DNA of 59,437 nucleotides from Minisyncoccia bacterium (GTDB taxonomy: Bacteria > Patescibacteriota > Minisyncoccia > Phycocordibacterales > Phycocordibacteraceae), in the NCBI GenBank assembly GCA_038207395.1, contig JBBQZW010000002.1, positions 135,752 through 195,188 of the forward strand, read 5' to 3'. This document shows positions 34,216 through 44,233 of this stretch, one piece after another (position 1 is the first letter of the stretch; every line of letters starts with the position of its first letter). Position numbers and translations under genes: made by a program. The notes under the pieces are model-generated. The model had not been told where the DNA came from, did not search any database, and saw only the letters and a list, made by a program, of their open reading frames with translations.

Positions 34216-34289
34216 GCGCCCTTAGCTCAGTTGGTTAGAGCACGGAGCTTATACCTCCGCGGTCCTTGGTTCGAGTCCAAGAGGGCGCA
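34216..34289 (+). tRNA. tRNA-Ile with anticodon UAU (reads AUA)
   Basis: Hand fold: GCGCCCT TA GCTC AGTTGGTTA GAGC A CGGAG CTTATAC CTCCG CGGTC CTTGG TTCGAGT CCAAG AGGGCGC A. All stems are Watson-Crick. Anticodon loop C-U-UAU-A-C. CCA is not encoded. Confidence 0.85.
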
Positions 34290-34296
34290 CTAGTAA

Positions 34297-35148
34297 TTAC
34301 CGAGGAAGAATATCGGTTAGAAGCGCTGAATTGTAGAACTCAGATGCAAGTGCACCAAACGAACGAGTACCATCTGAGAGAGTTATTGCTGCACCTCCAA
34401 CCTGCGGATTCGCATTTGGCACCGAGTGTGCGTACCCAATGTTATAGAGCGTCGAAATAATGTCAGCTCTTGAGTCGATAGGGAATCCAGCTTTTGCCCA
34501 CTGTGCTTGAATTTGTCGTATATAGAGACCTGCGTACAGATAACTGTAGTAGTGATCATGCTGATCAGTCATGCGGGTGAAGCGGGCGCCAGTTACATCT
34601 CTTGTTCCTGCAGGAAAATCAAGAAGGTGCTCATTCTCTGGCCCTAGGTAATACGGAGATGAGGAGTCCTTAAGATAGGTCTCAACCTGAATCGCCGTCG
34701 CTTCCTTCATACCCATAACGCCCCAGGAGAATTGTGATTGCGGACCAAGTATCTTTAAGGGGTAAAAGAACTTCTTATAATTCTCGCGGTCAGTGAAAAA
34801 GAGACGAAGCTGTTCTGAAACTAGATTAGCTGTAATAAGTCGCGCAGGGACTCCGGAGTCACGTGCAGCGCGTTCGATCGTACTCTGGTCACGGCGAATA
34901 GCTGCTTCCATAATGTTCCACTCTTCTGACTGTTGCCATGGCCCGGTATATGACGCAGTTACTGCCGCCGCACCTTGAGACGCGGGAGATGATGTTCCAA
35001 AAAACGCTTCTCGCTGAACATCAATAATTCCTTTTTCGTTAGTGAAACCAAAGCGCACCGCAAAGTATCCAGCTACCAGGAAAAGTCCGACTGCGGCAAA
35101 AAAGTACACCACTATGAAGAAAACCTGTTTGAGTACCTTTTTAGCCAT
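34297..35148 (-). CDS. membrane-anchored hypothetical protein (possibly cell-wall active)
   Basis: ATG 35148 gives MAKKVLKQVFFIVVYFFAAVGLFLVAGYFAV... The track start at 35223 overlaps recG. No family recognised with confidence. Confidence 0.6.
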   Translation of the reverse strand: MAKKVLKQVFFIVVYFFAAVGLFLVAGYFAVRFGFTNEKGIIDVQREAFFGTSSPASQGAAAVTASYTGPWQQSEEWNIMEAAIRRDQSTIERAARDSGVPARLITANLVSEQLRLFFTDRENYKKFFYPLKILGPQSQFSWGVMGMKEATAIQVETYLKDSSSPYYLGPENEHLLDFPAGTRDVTGARFTRMTDQHDHYYSYLYAGLYIRQIQAQWAKAGFPIDSRADIISTLYNIGYAHSVPNANPQVGGAAITLSDGTRSFGALASEFYNSALLTDILPR

Positions 35149-35191
35149 GAATTTACCTGGAGTGTACGTCAAATAGCGAAGGCGAGCAAAG

Positions 35192-37384
35192 CTACTCCAT
35201 ATAGAGCTTCTGAAGCTTTTCACGCACGATAGGGGCGAGTGTTGGATACGTTTTTAAATCAGGATCTGTCTCAATAACGCGTGCTGCCTCCGTGCGCGCC
35301 GCTTCCACCAGGCGGAGATTTTTAATCGCTTCCATGGCAATGTCTGACACTCCCCACTGACGGTTACCCGCAAGCTCTCCAGCGCCACGAAGCGCGAGGT
35401 CATACTCAGCGAGCTCAAAGCCATTCTTTGCAGTGGTGAGTGCTTTGAGACGATCTTTTGTGGCTGGACCATATGATTCAGGCAGAACGAAGCAGTACGC
35501 CTGATTATTAGAACGAATAACGCGGCCACGAAGCTGGTGAAGTTGTGCAAGTCCGAAACGCTCTGCGCCTTCAATTAAAATGACAGTTGCGTTCGGAACA
35601 TTAACCCCAACTTCGACTACTGACGTCGCGCACAGAATATCAGTGACGCCATCTTCAAACGCTTTCATACTCTTCTCCTTCTCAGCTGGAGTCATTTTGC
35701 TGTGAAGAATACCAATATTCGCTTCAGGAAATACTTCTTTCTTTAAGCGCTCAGCTTCTGCCTTAACGGAACGTGCTTGCACCGCCATCTCTTTAGTTGG
35801 ATCGGGCTCATCAATACGGGGACAAATCACATATGCCTGACGCCCTGCGGCGAGTTCCTGCCTTACTCGTGCATACCCTTCATCACGCTTCTCGGGCCCT
35901 AGTATTTCCGTGATGATGGGCTTTCGTCCTGTGGGCATTTGATCAAGGACTGAAAGATCAAGATCACCATATAAGGTAAGGGCGAGGGTGCGTGGGATGG
36001 GTGTGGCCGTCATTGAAAGTAGGTGAGGGGAGACGCTGTGCTTTTTGGTGAGCTTTTGACGGTGTGCTTTTCCAAAACGATGCTGTTCATCGATGATTGC
36101 GAATGCGAGGTTCTGAAATTCAAGTGATTTGTACACCAGTGCGTGTGTGCCGATAACAATCGGAATTTCTCCTGCAGCTACCCATTTTGCAAACTGCGCA
36201 CGAGAGACTTTCGCTGATTCCTCATACGGAACCTTACTTGGAAACTTCCGACATTCGCTACCAGTAATAAGACCAACAGGTATTGGGTGATCTTTAAAGT
36301 ATGAAACAAAAGTAGAGAAATGTTGTTTCGCGAGGATCTCAGTTGGACACATGTACGCAACTTGAAGCGTGCCGGATTTCCGTCCGGGTGGTTTGCTTGT
36401 GGCAACAAGGTACGCGGTCGCAGCAGCGACCGCCGTCTTCCCGCTGCCCACATCACCCTCAAGTAATCTGCGCATAGGGTGCGCTTTCTCGAAGTCAGTG
36501 ACGATAGTCTCTATGGACCGAAGCTGCGCTTCGGTCGCTGGAAACGGAAAGCTCGAAACAAAGTCATTCAAATCCTTTCGGTCCACATTTACCGGTAAGG
36601 CTTTTTCTTTCACCGCTTCAGCGCGTTCTTTCTGAAGCGCGAGCTGTAAGGTAAATATTTCTTCGAAGGCAAACCGCTTTCGCGCTGCGTCTGCGTCAGA
36701 TTGTTTGCGCGGGGCGTGCATCCACACAAGCGCTGTTGAAAGAGATGGCAGGTTATAGCGCTCAAGAATCTCAGCTGGAAGGGGATCCTGAATCGATTCG
36801 TGTACATGAGCTTCAAATATTTTCTTCACCGCATGTAAAAACCACAACGAAGAAATACCTCGGCTTTCCGGGTAGATGGCATAGAGGGTGTCATCGATGA
36901 TGGGGGACGTGTCAGTCGTCGTGAAGAGTGAATCATGCACTTCATCTGGCCGCACTGGTGATTTATCAATTTCTGGATTAGCTAGGTATATTTTTGTTCC
37001 GGTCCCTGCAATTTTTCCTGATGCCTTAACCACCATTCCATCGGCCACCATCTTTGCCATGTATGGCTGTGAAAACCACATAAGTTTAATCCTTCCTGAT
37101 GAGTCCTCGAGCCACGCTTCCGCCATCGGGCGTCTGCTTTTCCATGCCTTACGCGTCTCAGGCTTACGAATAGTTCCAAAAAGTGTTACTTCGCTTCCGG
37201 GAGTCACACTCGCCACTGTGCCTGTGGGGCCAGATGCCTCATATCGTGCAGGGAAGTGGTACATGAGATCACGAATAGTTCGTATGCCAAGCCTCGTAAG
37301 CGCTGATTTCTGGTCAGTGCGTAACCGTGCAAAATGCTGAATAACAAGATCCTCTTCTTTCATTCTCTCAGTATACTCGTTCAA
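35192..37384 (-). CDS. recG: ATP-dependent DNA helicase RecG
   Basis: 730 aa. LLEGDVGSGKTAVA...IIDEQHRFG...MTATPIPRTLALT.YGDLD.S.... The start is TTG at 37384; ATG 37363 is the alternative. Confidence 0.93.
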   Translation of the reverse strand: MNEYTERMKEEDLVIQHFARLRTDQKSALTRLGIRTIRDLMYHFPARYEASGPTGTVASVTPGSEVTLFGTIRKPETRKAWKSRRPMAEAWLEDSSGRIKLMWFSQPYMAKMVADGMVVKASGKIAGTGTKIYLANPEIDKSPVRPDEVHDSLFTTTDTSPIIDDTLYAIYPESRGISSLWFLHAVKKIFEAHVHESIQDPLPAEILERYNLPSLSTALVWMHAPRKQSDADAARKRFAFEEIFTLQLALQKERAEAVKEKALPVNVDRKDLNDFVSSFPFPATEAQLRSIETIVTDFEKAHPMRRLLEGDVGSGKTAVAAATAYLVATSKPPGRKSGTLQVAYMCPTEILAKQHFSTFVSYFKDHPIPVGLITGSECRKFPSKVPYEESAKVSRAQFAKWVAAGEIPIVIGTHALVYKSLEFQNLAFAIIDEQHRFGKAHRQKLTKKHSVSPHLLSMTATPIPRTLALTLYGDLDLSVLDQMPTGRKPIITEILGPEKRDEGYARVRQELAAGRQAYVICPRIDEPDPTKEMAVQARSVKAEAERLKKEVFPEANIGILHSKMTPAEKEKSMKAFEDGVTDILCATSVVEVGVNVPNATVILIEGAERFGLAQLHQLRGRVIRSNNQAYCFVLPESYGPATKDRLKALTTAKNGFELAEYDLALRGAGELAGNRQWGVSDIAMEAIKNLRLVEAARTEAARVIETDPDLKTYPTLAPIVREKLQKLYME

Positions 37385-37448
37385 GATTTTATGTGCCTGT
37401 ACTGAACTTTCTGGGTCGTGCTACAGTCAAAAGACCCATTGAACTATT

Positions 37449-38474
37449 ATGAAAACTGCAAAAACCACCCTTATTATTTGTTCCGTACTCACGCTGTTTC
37501 TAAGCGTCCTGTACTTCGTCTACTTAGCTAAAGTAGTGCTTATCTATTTGCTCGTGGCGCTTTTGCTTGCCATTGCTATTACGCCACTGGTCCGCAAGTT
37601 AGAGCGTAGAAATATTGGACGAGTTACCGCCACTACTCTTTCAATGGGAATGATCTTCCTGATTTTCATAGCAGTTATCGCCGCCATCATTACTCCGCTC
37701 GTGAGTGAAGGTACACAGCTCGTTCGAAACTTTCCTACCATTACCAGTGAAGTGCTCGCAAATCCGTACGTAAATACATTCGTCACAAATACGAATCTCA
37801 AAGAGGAGATAACCCAGCTTTCAAATAACGCGCCAGCACTTCTCTTTGGAAGCAGTAGCAAGATTCTCGTTATTACAAAAAGCTTCCTAAGTTTTATTTC
37901 TTCAACGGCCGTTGTCTTTGTGTTCACGTTCTTACTTATCATTGAAGGAGAATTACTTTGGAGTCGATTTCTCAGTTTCTTTTCACCGAGTCGCCGTAAA
38001 CAAGCAGAAAAAGCTGCGGCTGAAATATCACGTGCGGTGAGTGGATTTATTTCAGGAAATCTTTTCATTAGCGCAATTGCAGGAACGGTCACCCTCATTA
38101 CGCTTTATATTTTGAAAGTGCCGTATACCTTTGCTCTTGCGGCACTCGTTGCCGTATTTGATCTCATTCCGCTTGTAGGAGCTTCTATAGCAACGGTAGC
38201 TGTTGGATTTGTTGCGCTAACGCAGGGTCCTATCGTCGCGCTTATTGCAGTGGCAGTCCTGATCTTCTACCAGTTTGTTGAAGGTAACTTTATTCAGCCT
38301 CTTGTCTACTCTAAATCGATTAATCTTTCGCCGCTGCTTATTATTATTGCGAGTATCGTGGGGGCTGAGGTCGCTGGTATAGGTGGAGTACTTCTTGCCA
38401 TTCCAATGGCTGCCATCTTGAGCATTCTTGCCGCGGAATTACACGATATCTACATGGAGTCACGGAAGGCGTAA
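37449..38474 (+). CDS. AI-2E family transporter (PerM/UPF0118)
   Basis: 341 aa polytopic protein, ...GFISGNLFISAIAGTVTLITLYILKVPYTFALAALVAVFDLIPLVG... Confidence 0.85.
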   Translation: MKTAKTTLIICSVLTLFLSVLYFVYLAKVVLIYLLVALLLAIAITPLVRKLERRNIGRVTATTLSMGMIFLIFIAVIAAIITPLVSEGTQLVRNFPTITSEVLANPYVNTFVTNTNLKEEITQLSNNAPALLFGSSSKILVITKSFLSFISSTAVVFVFTFLLIIEGELLWSRFLSFFSPSRRKQAEKAAAEISRAVSGFISGNLFISAIAGTVTLITLYILKVPYTFALAALVAVFDLIPLVGASIATVAVGFVALTQGPIVALIAVAVLIFYQFVEGNFIQPLVYSKSINLSPLLIIIASIVGAEVAGIGGVLLAIPMAAILSILAAELHDIYMESRKA

Positions 38475-38519
38475 TCCCCATTCTTAAATAGTTCCCACCT
38501 GTGAGATACTTAGCTTCTT

Positions 38520-39656
38520 ATGGATGCTAAAGAAAAGAATATACTCCGGGAGTTTAAGAAGGCGGGAGCACGTATTGAAACAAAATCTCGTGTAAAGCTA
38601 AAAACAAAGGCAGACCTTGGTCTTTTCTATACGCCTGGTGTGGGGGTTGCGAGTTCATATCTTGCCGCGCACCCAGAGGATGCGCGGGCACTTTCGGTTA
38701 AAAAGAATTCGGTAGCCGTTATCTCTGATGGTTCAGCCGTGCTGGGGCTTGGAAACATTGGACCATACGGAGCGCTTCCTGTTATGGAAGGGAAGGCACT
38801 TATCTTTAAAGAGATGGCGAATGTAGACGCCTGGCCGCTCGTGCTCGATACGCAGGATGTCGATGAGATTGTGCGGACGGTTATTGCTATCTCACCTTCA
38901 TTCGGTGGTATTAACCTCGAAGATATTAAGGCACCTGAATGCTTTGAGATTGAACGACGTTTGATTGAGCATCTTTCTATCCCTGTTATGCATGATGATC
39001 AGCATGGTACTGCCATCGTTGTGCTTGCGGGACTTATAAATGCAGCAAAGGTGGTTAAGAAACCTTTAAAGAAATTGCGAGTAGTAATTTCTGGCGCGGG
39101 AGCTGCCGGCAGTGCGTGTGCAAAATTCCTTCATGCGGCTGGAATACTCGATATCATAGTGTTGGATCGTGCAGGAACACTGTACTCTGCACGTGCAGAC
39201 ATGAATGCTTCAAAGAAGGAACTCGCAGCACTCACGAATCCTCGGAAGGTAATGGGTGGTCTCGAAAGTGCCATTCATAATGCCGATGTATTTATTGGAG
39301 TCTCAGGCGCAAATATTCTTACGCGTGAACAGGTTAAAACTATGGCACCTAAGGCAATTGTTTTCGCACTTTCAAACCCCGCTCCTGAAATATATCCTGA
39401 TGAAGCAAAGGCAGGGGGCGCTATGGTAATTGCAACAGGACGATCTGATTTCCCGAATCAGATTAATAACGCTCTGGTTTTCCCGGGTATATTCCGCGGT
39501 GCCCTTGATAAGGGGGTTAGACAGATAACCAAGGAAACAAAGCTCCGTGCTGCCATCGCTCTCGCCAAGCTCGTTTCTGCACCTACTGCTGAAAAACTTC
39601 TCCCTGATATTTTCGACAAGCGAGTCGTGCCAACCGTTGCAAAGGCGGTACGATAA
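38520..39656 (+). CDS. NAD(P)-dependent malic enzyme (short form)
   Basis: 378 aa, ...LGLFYTPGVG.......AVISDGSAVLGLGNIGP.GALPVMEGKALIFK....D....NLEDI.AP.CFEIE..L......HDDQHGTAIV.... Confidence 0.92.
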   Translation: MDAKEKNILREFKKAGARIETKSRVKLKTKADLGLFYTPGVGVASSYLAAHPEDARALSVKKNSVAVISDGSAVLGLGNIGPYGALPVMEGKALIFKEMANVDAWPLVLDTQDVDEIVRTVIAISPSFGGINLEDIKAPECFEIERRLIEHLSIPVMHDDQHGTAIVVLAGLINAAKVVKKPLKKLRVVISGAGAAGSACAKFLHAAGILDIIVLDRAGTLYSARADMNASKKELAALTNPRKVMGGLESAIHNADVFIGVSGANILTREQVKTMAPKAIVFALSNPAPEIYPDEAKAGGAMVIATGRSDFPNQINNALVFPGIFRGALDKGVRQITKETKLRAAIALAKLVSAPTAEKLLPDIFDKRVVPTVAKAVR

Positions 39657-39660
39657 AGGT

Positions 39661-40101
39661 ATGTCCACACCAAAACGCAAACGTCGTTTCGCCCCCTATA
39701 GTTTTGTGGTTACTATTCCAGACCGCATATATCCTTTCGCATCCTATATTGATGGCGAGAAAGTACGTTGGCGCCGTTCGTATGAATATACACTTGCACA
39801 GATTCAGGAACGTTTTGGGGTTGGTAGATACGGTATGCGACTTGGTGCCTACCGTGAGATATGTCACATAGCCGGATCAGCTTTCTTTATACTGAGCGCT
39901 ACGTTTATTTCTAAAACAGTGTTTGGAGATGAAACTGCGCTCCCCGCACTCTTCATATTCGCGATGATTGTTATTACCTGGCAAGAGTTTGTGCTGCAAC
40001 CACGCACAAACAACCAACACCTAGTAAAGGGAATTGCTGATTGGATGAGCTGGGCGGTTCCCATAGGAGCGTATGTGCTCCTCTATATGGTTCACTTCTA
40101 G
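39661..40101 (+). CDS. hypothetical membrane protein
   Basis: ATG 39661 gives MSTPKRKRRFAPY..., with C-terminal hydrophobic segments. The track ORF from 39547 overlaps the malic enzyme gene. Confidence 0.55.
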   Translation: MSTPKRKRRFAPYSFVVTIPDRIYPFASYIDGEKVRWRRSYEYTLAQIQERFGVGRYGMRLGAYREICHIAGSAFFILSATFISKTVFGDETALPALFIFAMIVITWQEFVLQPRTNNQHLVKGIADWMSWAVPIGAYVLLYMVHF

Positions 40102-40112
40102 AATCAGTTGTT

Positions 40113-40556
40113 CTAGTCTCGCTGGATGGCGTGACGGACTCGTTCAAATACCGTTGTGAACCATGCACGGTCAACAACGTTTCCGATTTCATGACTTACA
40201 TGAGGAAGAGAGACCCAGCGAGCATCTTCTATTTCAAGTGTTGGAGCGAGTACTGCTCCGCTCGGTGCAGCAAATAAATACATTTTAATCTCTTTCATTT
40301 CAGTTCGGTCCTCAAGGCCGTTTGGAAGAATGGGGTGGCGCTCATAGCTTCCTAAATCATCAATCAACTCCAAATCAGTGAGTCCTGACTCTTCAGCAAT
40401 TTCTCTGCGCGCTGTTTCTTCATCTGTTTCTCCCGGTTCACTGTGGCCCTTTGGAAATAACCATGCACCGTTACCATTACGGTGGCGAACCATAGCTATA
40501 GTTCCGCTATCGCCCAGAACAATTCCTCCAATGGATCGGGTACGGCGTAGAGTCAT
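40113..40556 (-). CDS. NUDIX hydrolase
   Basis: Nudix box: FPKGHSEPGETDEETARREIAEESGL. Confidence 0.9.
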   Translation of the reverse strand: MTLRRTRSIGGIVLGDSGTIAMVRHRNGNGAWLFPKGHSEPGETDEETARREIAEESGLTDLELIDDLGSYERHPILPNGLEDRTEMKEIKMYLFAAPSGAVLAPTLEIEDARWVSLPHVSHEIGNVVDRAWFTTVFERVRHAIQRD

Positions 40557-40562
40557 ATACCC

Positions 40563-40784
40563 TTATTGAGGAATAGCCTCTGGATTAATAAAACCTGAAG
40601 AGGTGCTTTCAGCGAAGTTTGGAGTACTGGGAGAATCAGAAATAGTGCTTTCTATGCGGCTTGGAGTTTCTTCCTGAGAGGGCTCAGACTGAGATTGATG
40701 AAATAAGAAAAAGAAACTACTAAGCACCGCAACTCCAATCAGTCCTACTACGAAGCACCATTGAAAAATCTGCATACGGGTCAT
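40563..40784 (-). CDS. small membrane protein (hypothetical)
   Basis: 73 aa. One TM segment (WCFVVGLIGVAVLSSFFFLF) followed by a Ser/Glu-rich tail. Confidence 0.45.
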   Translation of the reverse strand: MTRMQIFQWCFVVGLIGVAVLSSFFFLFHQSQSEPSQEETPSRIESTISDSPSTPNFAESTSSGFINPEAIPQ

Positions 40785-40840
40785 TACTTACTAAAATACC
40801 ATAATGGGTATGGTGACTATAACTCAGCGAAACTAAACGT

Positions 40841-40875
40841 ATGATGAGGGGCTGCCGCAGGCAGCCCCTCATCAT
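40841..40875 (-). terminator. 15-bp hairpin downstream of tRNA-Ser
   Basis: ATGATGAGGGGCTGC-cgcag-GCAGCCCCTCATCAT. Confidence 0.6.
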
Positions 40876-40894
40876 ATTTCATATGGGTGATTAG

Positions 40895-40981
40895 CGGAGA
40901 CGGAGGGATTCGAACCCTCGGAGCCGTTTAAAGCTCGCCTCGTTAGCAGTGAGGTACTTTCGACCACTCAGCCACGTCTCC
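40895..40981 (-). tRNA. tRNA-Ser (anticodon GCU), class II with a long variable arm
   Basis: Minus strand: GGAGACG TG GCTGAGTGGTCGAAAGTA CCTCA CTGCTAA CGAGG C GAGC TTTAAACG GCTC C GAGGG TTCGAAT CCCTC CGTCTCC G. One A:C mismatch closes the anticodon stem. Confidence 0.85.
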
Positions 40982-41008
40982 AGTACCATATAACGTATCA
41001 TTCTGGAG

Positions 41009-41644
41009 CTAATACGCCAACGTAAGAGGGAGGATGCGCGAAGCACCGCCTAGATGCAATGCTTCCACTGCAGCATGTAGGGTATTTCCTGTTGTTATAA
41101 CGTCATCAATTACTACGTACGTTCGTAAAGGGTCACAGGGTTTTGTTACTGAAAATGCATTCTTCATATTTGTTTGGCGCTCTACTCCGGTACAGCTTGT
41201 TTGCGGCTTCGTATTTCGAATGCGAGCAAGCAATTCACTATCTACTTCAGCATGAGATAGGTCTTTAGTTGAAATCCGGACAATTCGTTCTGTTTGGTTA
41301 TACCCTCGTTCACGAATGCGCTCAGTAGAGAGAGGGATGGGAATAAGTATCGGCAATGTATTACTGAAATACGGGTGCTCAGCAAGAAACTCAAAAAGAA
41401 ATTCATACAATGCTTCTCCCAGAACTTGAGCAGCATCAGTATTCGCATTAAATTTGGCTTCCTGAATACATGCCTGCACGATGTGATTTTCATAGCGAAA
41501 CAAACTGGTGCTGTAAAGCCCTTCTATCCCCGTTACTACTGGCTCAGGCATAAGCGCCTGCGCGTTCGTACGAATGTTTCGAACGAGTAGTTCTGTTTCG
41601 CGCGGAGGAAAGACTGCATCAATAAGTGAAGGAATGATTCGCAT
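41009..41644 (-). CDS. comFC: ComF family phosphoribosyltransferase-like protein (ComFC)
   Basis: ...ERGYNQTE......TYVVIDDVITTGNTLHAAVEAL..GGA. ATG 41644 is preferred because the track's TTG 41686 overlaps pilM. The N-terminal Cys zinc-finger motifs are not evident. Confidence 0.8.
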   Translation of the reverse strand: MRIIPSLIDAVFPPRETELLVRNIRTNAQALMPEPVVTGIEGLYSTSLFRYENHIVQACIQEAKFNANTDAAQVLGEALYEFLFEFLAEHPYFSNTLPILIPIPLSTERIRERGYNQTERIVRISTKDLSHAEVDSELLARIRNTKPQTSCTGVERQTNMKNAFSVTKPCDPLRTYVVIDDVITTGNTLHAAVEALHLGGASRILPLTLAY

Positions 41645-41670
41645 ACACACTGCATGATACAATTTGTGAG

Positions 41671-42768
41671 ATGAGCTTTTTATCAAATATTTTTGGAAAA
41701 AAGAAGAGTAAAAGCGTTATAGGAATTGATATTGGATCTTCATCTCTTAAGGTTGTACAGCTACGGCGCGAAGGGGAGACGGCAGTACTTGAAACCTATG
41801 GTGAACTTTCGCTCGGGCCCTATGCTGGTGGGCAGGTGGGTCAGGCAACGAATCTTCCTGCAGATAAAATTGCTGAAACACTGCGTGATCTACTCCGCGA
41901 AGCAAGTGTCACGACTAATGACACGGGCATCTCCATTCCTTTCTCACGCTCACTTCTTCGTTTGATTACGCTTCCACGCCGCGACAAGCCAGAAGAGCAG
42001 CGTACTATGGTTGAACTTGAGGCGCGTAAATATATTCCGGTACCCGTAAGTGAAGTACAGCTAGACTGGTTTGTGGTCCCCGAACCGATTCCAGAAGGGG
42101 ACAAACCCTCAGACAAAATGAAAGTGTTGCTGGTTGCTGTGCATAATGACGAACTCTCTCTTCTGCAGGGTGTCGTGCAGGGAGCGAACCTCAATGCGAC
42201 TTTCTATGAGATTGAAATCTTCAGTACCATTCGTTCGATAGTAAATGAACCCGTGAAGCCTGTGCTTGTGTTAGATATCGGTGCAAGTGCCACGAAAGTG
42301 TATGTAATCGAACATGGAGTAGTTGCCTTTTCGCATAATATCCCGCAAGGCGGGCAGGATGTAACACGCACTATTGCAGCCGCAGGAAACCTGAATATTG
42401 AACAAGCAGAGTTTCGTAAGAAAGAACACGGTTTTACCGCTGTGGGGGCAAATGATCAGTCTCCCTATGATCGTAGTACTATCGAGATTATTTTCTCTCG
42501 TCTTTTCGAAGAAGCAAAGCGTACGTTAACCCAGTACGAGGCAACGAACCAGAAAACCATCTCCACGCTTATTCTTACGGGTGGCGGAGGGGTTACTAAA
42601 AATCTACTTCCGTATGCGAAAGAATTCTTTAATATGCCAGTGGAAATTGCCGATCCGTTTGCAAAAGTACAAGCACCAGCCTTTATGCGTCCAGTGCTCG
42701 CAGATATAGGTCCTGAATTTGCTGTAGCGGTAGGTTTGGCACTACGTAAGCTCGAAGAGGTTGCCTAA
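41671..42768 (+). CDS. pilM: type IV pilus assembly protein PilM (actin-like ATPase fold)
   Basis: 365 aa, ...VIGIDIGSSSLKVVQL.......LDIGASATKVYV.......GG.D.T..I.... Confidence 0.88.
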   Translation: MSFLSNIFGKKKSKSVIGIDIGSSSLKVVQLRREGETAVLETYGELSLGPYAGGQVGQATNLPADKIAETLRDLLREASVTTNDTGISIPFSRSLLRLITLPRRDKPEEQRTMVELEARKYIPVPVSEVQLDWFVVPEPIPEGDKPSDKMKVLLVAVHNDELSLLQGVVQGANLNATFYEIEIFSTIRSIVNEPVKPVLVLDIGASATKVYVIEHGVVAFSHNIPQGGQDVTRTIAAAGNLNIEQAEFRKKEHGFTAVGANDQSPYDRSTIEIIFSRLFEEAKRTLTQYEATNQKTISTLILTGGGGVTKNLLPYAKEFFNMPVEIADPFAKVQAPAFMRPVLADIGPEFAVAVGLALRKLEEVA

Positions 42769-42796
42769 TACATGTGTGCATAAACCGTAGTATTGG

Positions 42797-43612
42797 TTGA
42801 TCGCAATAGCGTATACTTTCTTTGTGGCTCTTTCTCCCGGCATCCCAACCTCATTCGTCCCTAAGCAACCGGTTCAGTCGGGGCGTCGCCCCATGTCGTC
42901 AGGAAATAATCTCTTCCTGCTGGCATCACTTGGTATCGCAGGCTTAACGGTAATCCTTGCTGGTAGTATTTTTGCCTACAACAGATACCTCACGCATACG
43001 CTTGTAAGCAAACAAGCGCAGCTCGTGCAGGCGCAGGGAAAGGTGGATGAAAATACTATTGAAGATTTTGTTCGCCTTCGTGACCGACTTTCAAATGGAA
43101 AAGATCTCCTAACAAATCACGTAGTGTTATCACAATTTTTTACAACACTTGAATCCCTTACATTACAGAATATTCAGTTCAGCAATCTAAAGCTTTCTAT
43201 TGCGGGAGATCATACGGCAAAGCTTGAGATGAAGGGAACGGCAAAAAACTTTAATGCACTTGCAGCGCAATCAAACGCATTTGCAGGGGAGAAGCGAATC
43301 AAGCGAGCGATTTTCTCTGATATTAATCTTACGCAAGCTAAACTAGTAAGTTTTAGTCTTACCGCTGATGTCGACTCAAAACTTATTATAGAAGGATCAT
43401 CAGTGACGGCATCGCAGCAAACTGCTCCTATTCCCGTATCAAATCCAGTACCTGTTGCAAGTACCAGTCCCGTAAGTGGAACTCCGGGAAATGTCACGGC
43501 TCCAAAAGAGCCAAAACCAGCCGCTACTTTGCCTGCCGCGCCAGCAGTACCCGCTAACGTACCTGTGCCTACTCCAAATCCGGCAGCTGCTGACCCTAGA
43601 ACTCTTCAATAA
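42797..43612 (+). CDS. PilN-like bitopic pilus alignment protein with a Pro-rich C-terminal tail
   Basis: Position directly after pilM. Single TM (LFLLASLGIAGLTVILAGSIFAY), a coiled region, then a PVPVASTSPV...PAAPAVPANVPVPTPNPAA tail. The start is uncertain (TTG 42797, GTG 42824 or ATG 42893). Confidence 0.6.
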   Translation: MIAIAYTFFVALSPGIPTSFVPKQPVQSGRRPMSSGNNLFLLASLGIAGLTVILAGSIFAYNRYLTHTLVSKQAQLVQAQGKVDENTIEDFVRLRDRLSNGKDLLTNHVVLSQFFTTLESLTLQNIQFSNLKLSIAGDHTAKLEMKGTAKNFNALAAQSNAFAGEKRIKRAIFSDINLTQAKLVSFSLTADVDSKLIIEGSSVTASQQTAPIPVSNPVPVASTSPVSGTPGNVTAPKEPKPAATLPAAPAVPANVPVPTPNPAAADPRTLQ

Positions 43613-43616
43613 TCCT

Positions 43617-44228
43617 ATGTCACGACTCCTTCCCATCATTGCTATCTTATTCGCCATCGCACTTTTCTTTTTGTACATAAAACCGACATATTCCGGTTCA
43701 ATTCATGATACGACGCAGCAGATTGCGAGTTTTGACCAAGCGCTTACGGCAGCTGATCGTTTCCAAACAAAGGAAGCTGAGCTCACTCTTGCGCGTTCAC
43801 AAATTCCAGCAGATAGCCTTGCGCGCCTAAACGCATTTCTTCCCGATGGTGTTGATAATGTGCAGTTAATTCTTGATATGGATGCACTTGCGGCACGTTC
43901 AGGCATTACGCTCTCAGACTTTACTACCCAAGGTTCAAGTGCAGCAGCAGGAACTCCAAATGCCGCTTCCGGAGTCCTTGCAGCTCCGTCAGCAACTGCC
44001 TCACAAGCACCACAAGGTTCGCCAAATCTAACGCTTACCTCAAGTTCACCTATTGATTCGCTTAACCTCACCTTCAAGGCAACCGGAACATACAGTTCAT
44101 TCCGAAGTTTCCTCACCGGGATGGAAAATAGTCTTCGTCCACTCGACATCGTGAATCTCGAAGTCATTCAAGCACCAAATGGCGTATATACGTATGCGGT
44201 AACCGTTCGTATTTATTGGCTACACTAG
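43617..44228 (+). CDS. PilO-like bitopic pilus assembly protein
   Basis: ATG 43617 gives MSRLLPIIAILFAIALFFLYIKP..., followed by a coiled segment. Synteny pilM-N-O. Confidence 0.6.
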   Translation: MSRLLPIIAILFAIALFFLYIKPTYSGSIHDTTQQIASFDQALTAADRFQTKEAELTLARSQIPADSLARLNAFLPDGVDNVQLILDMDALAARSGITLSDFTTQGSSAAAGTPNAASGVLAAPSATASQAPQGSPNLTLTSSSPIDSLNLTFKATGTYSSFRSFLTGMENSLRPLDIVNLEVIQAPNGVYTYAVTVRIYWLH

Positions 44229-44233
44229 AATAT

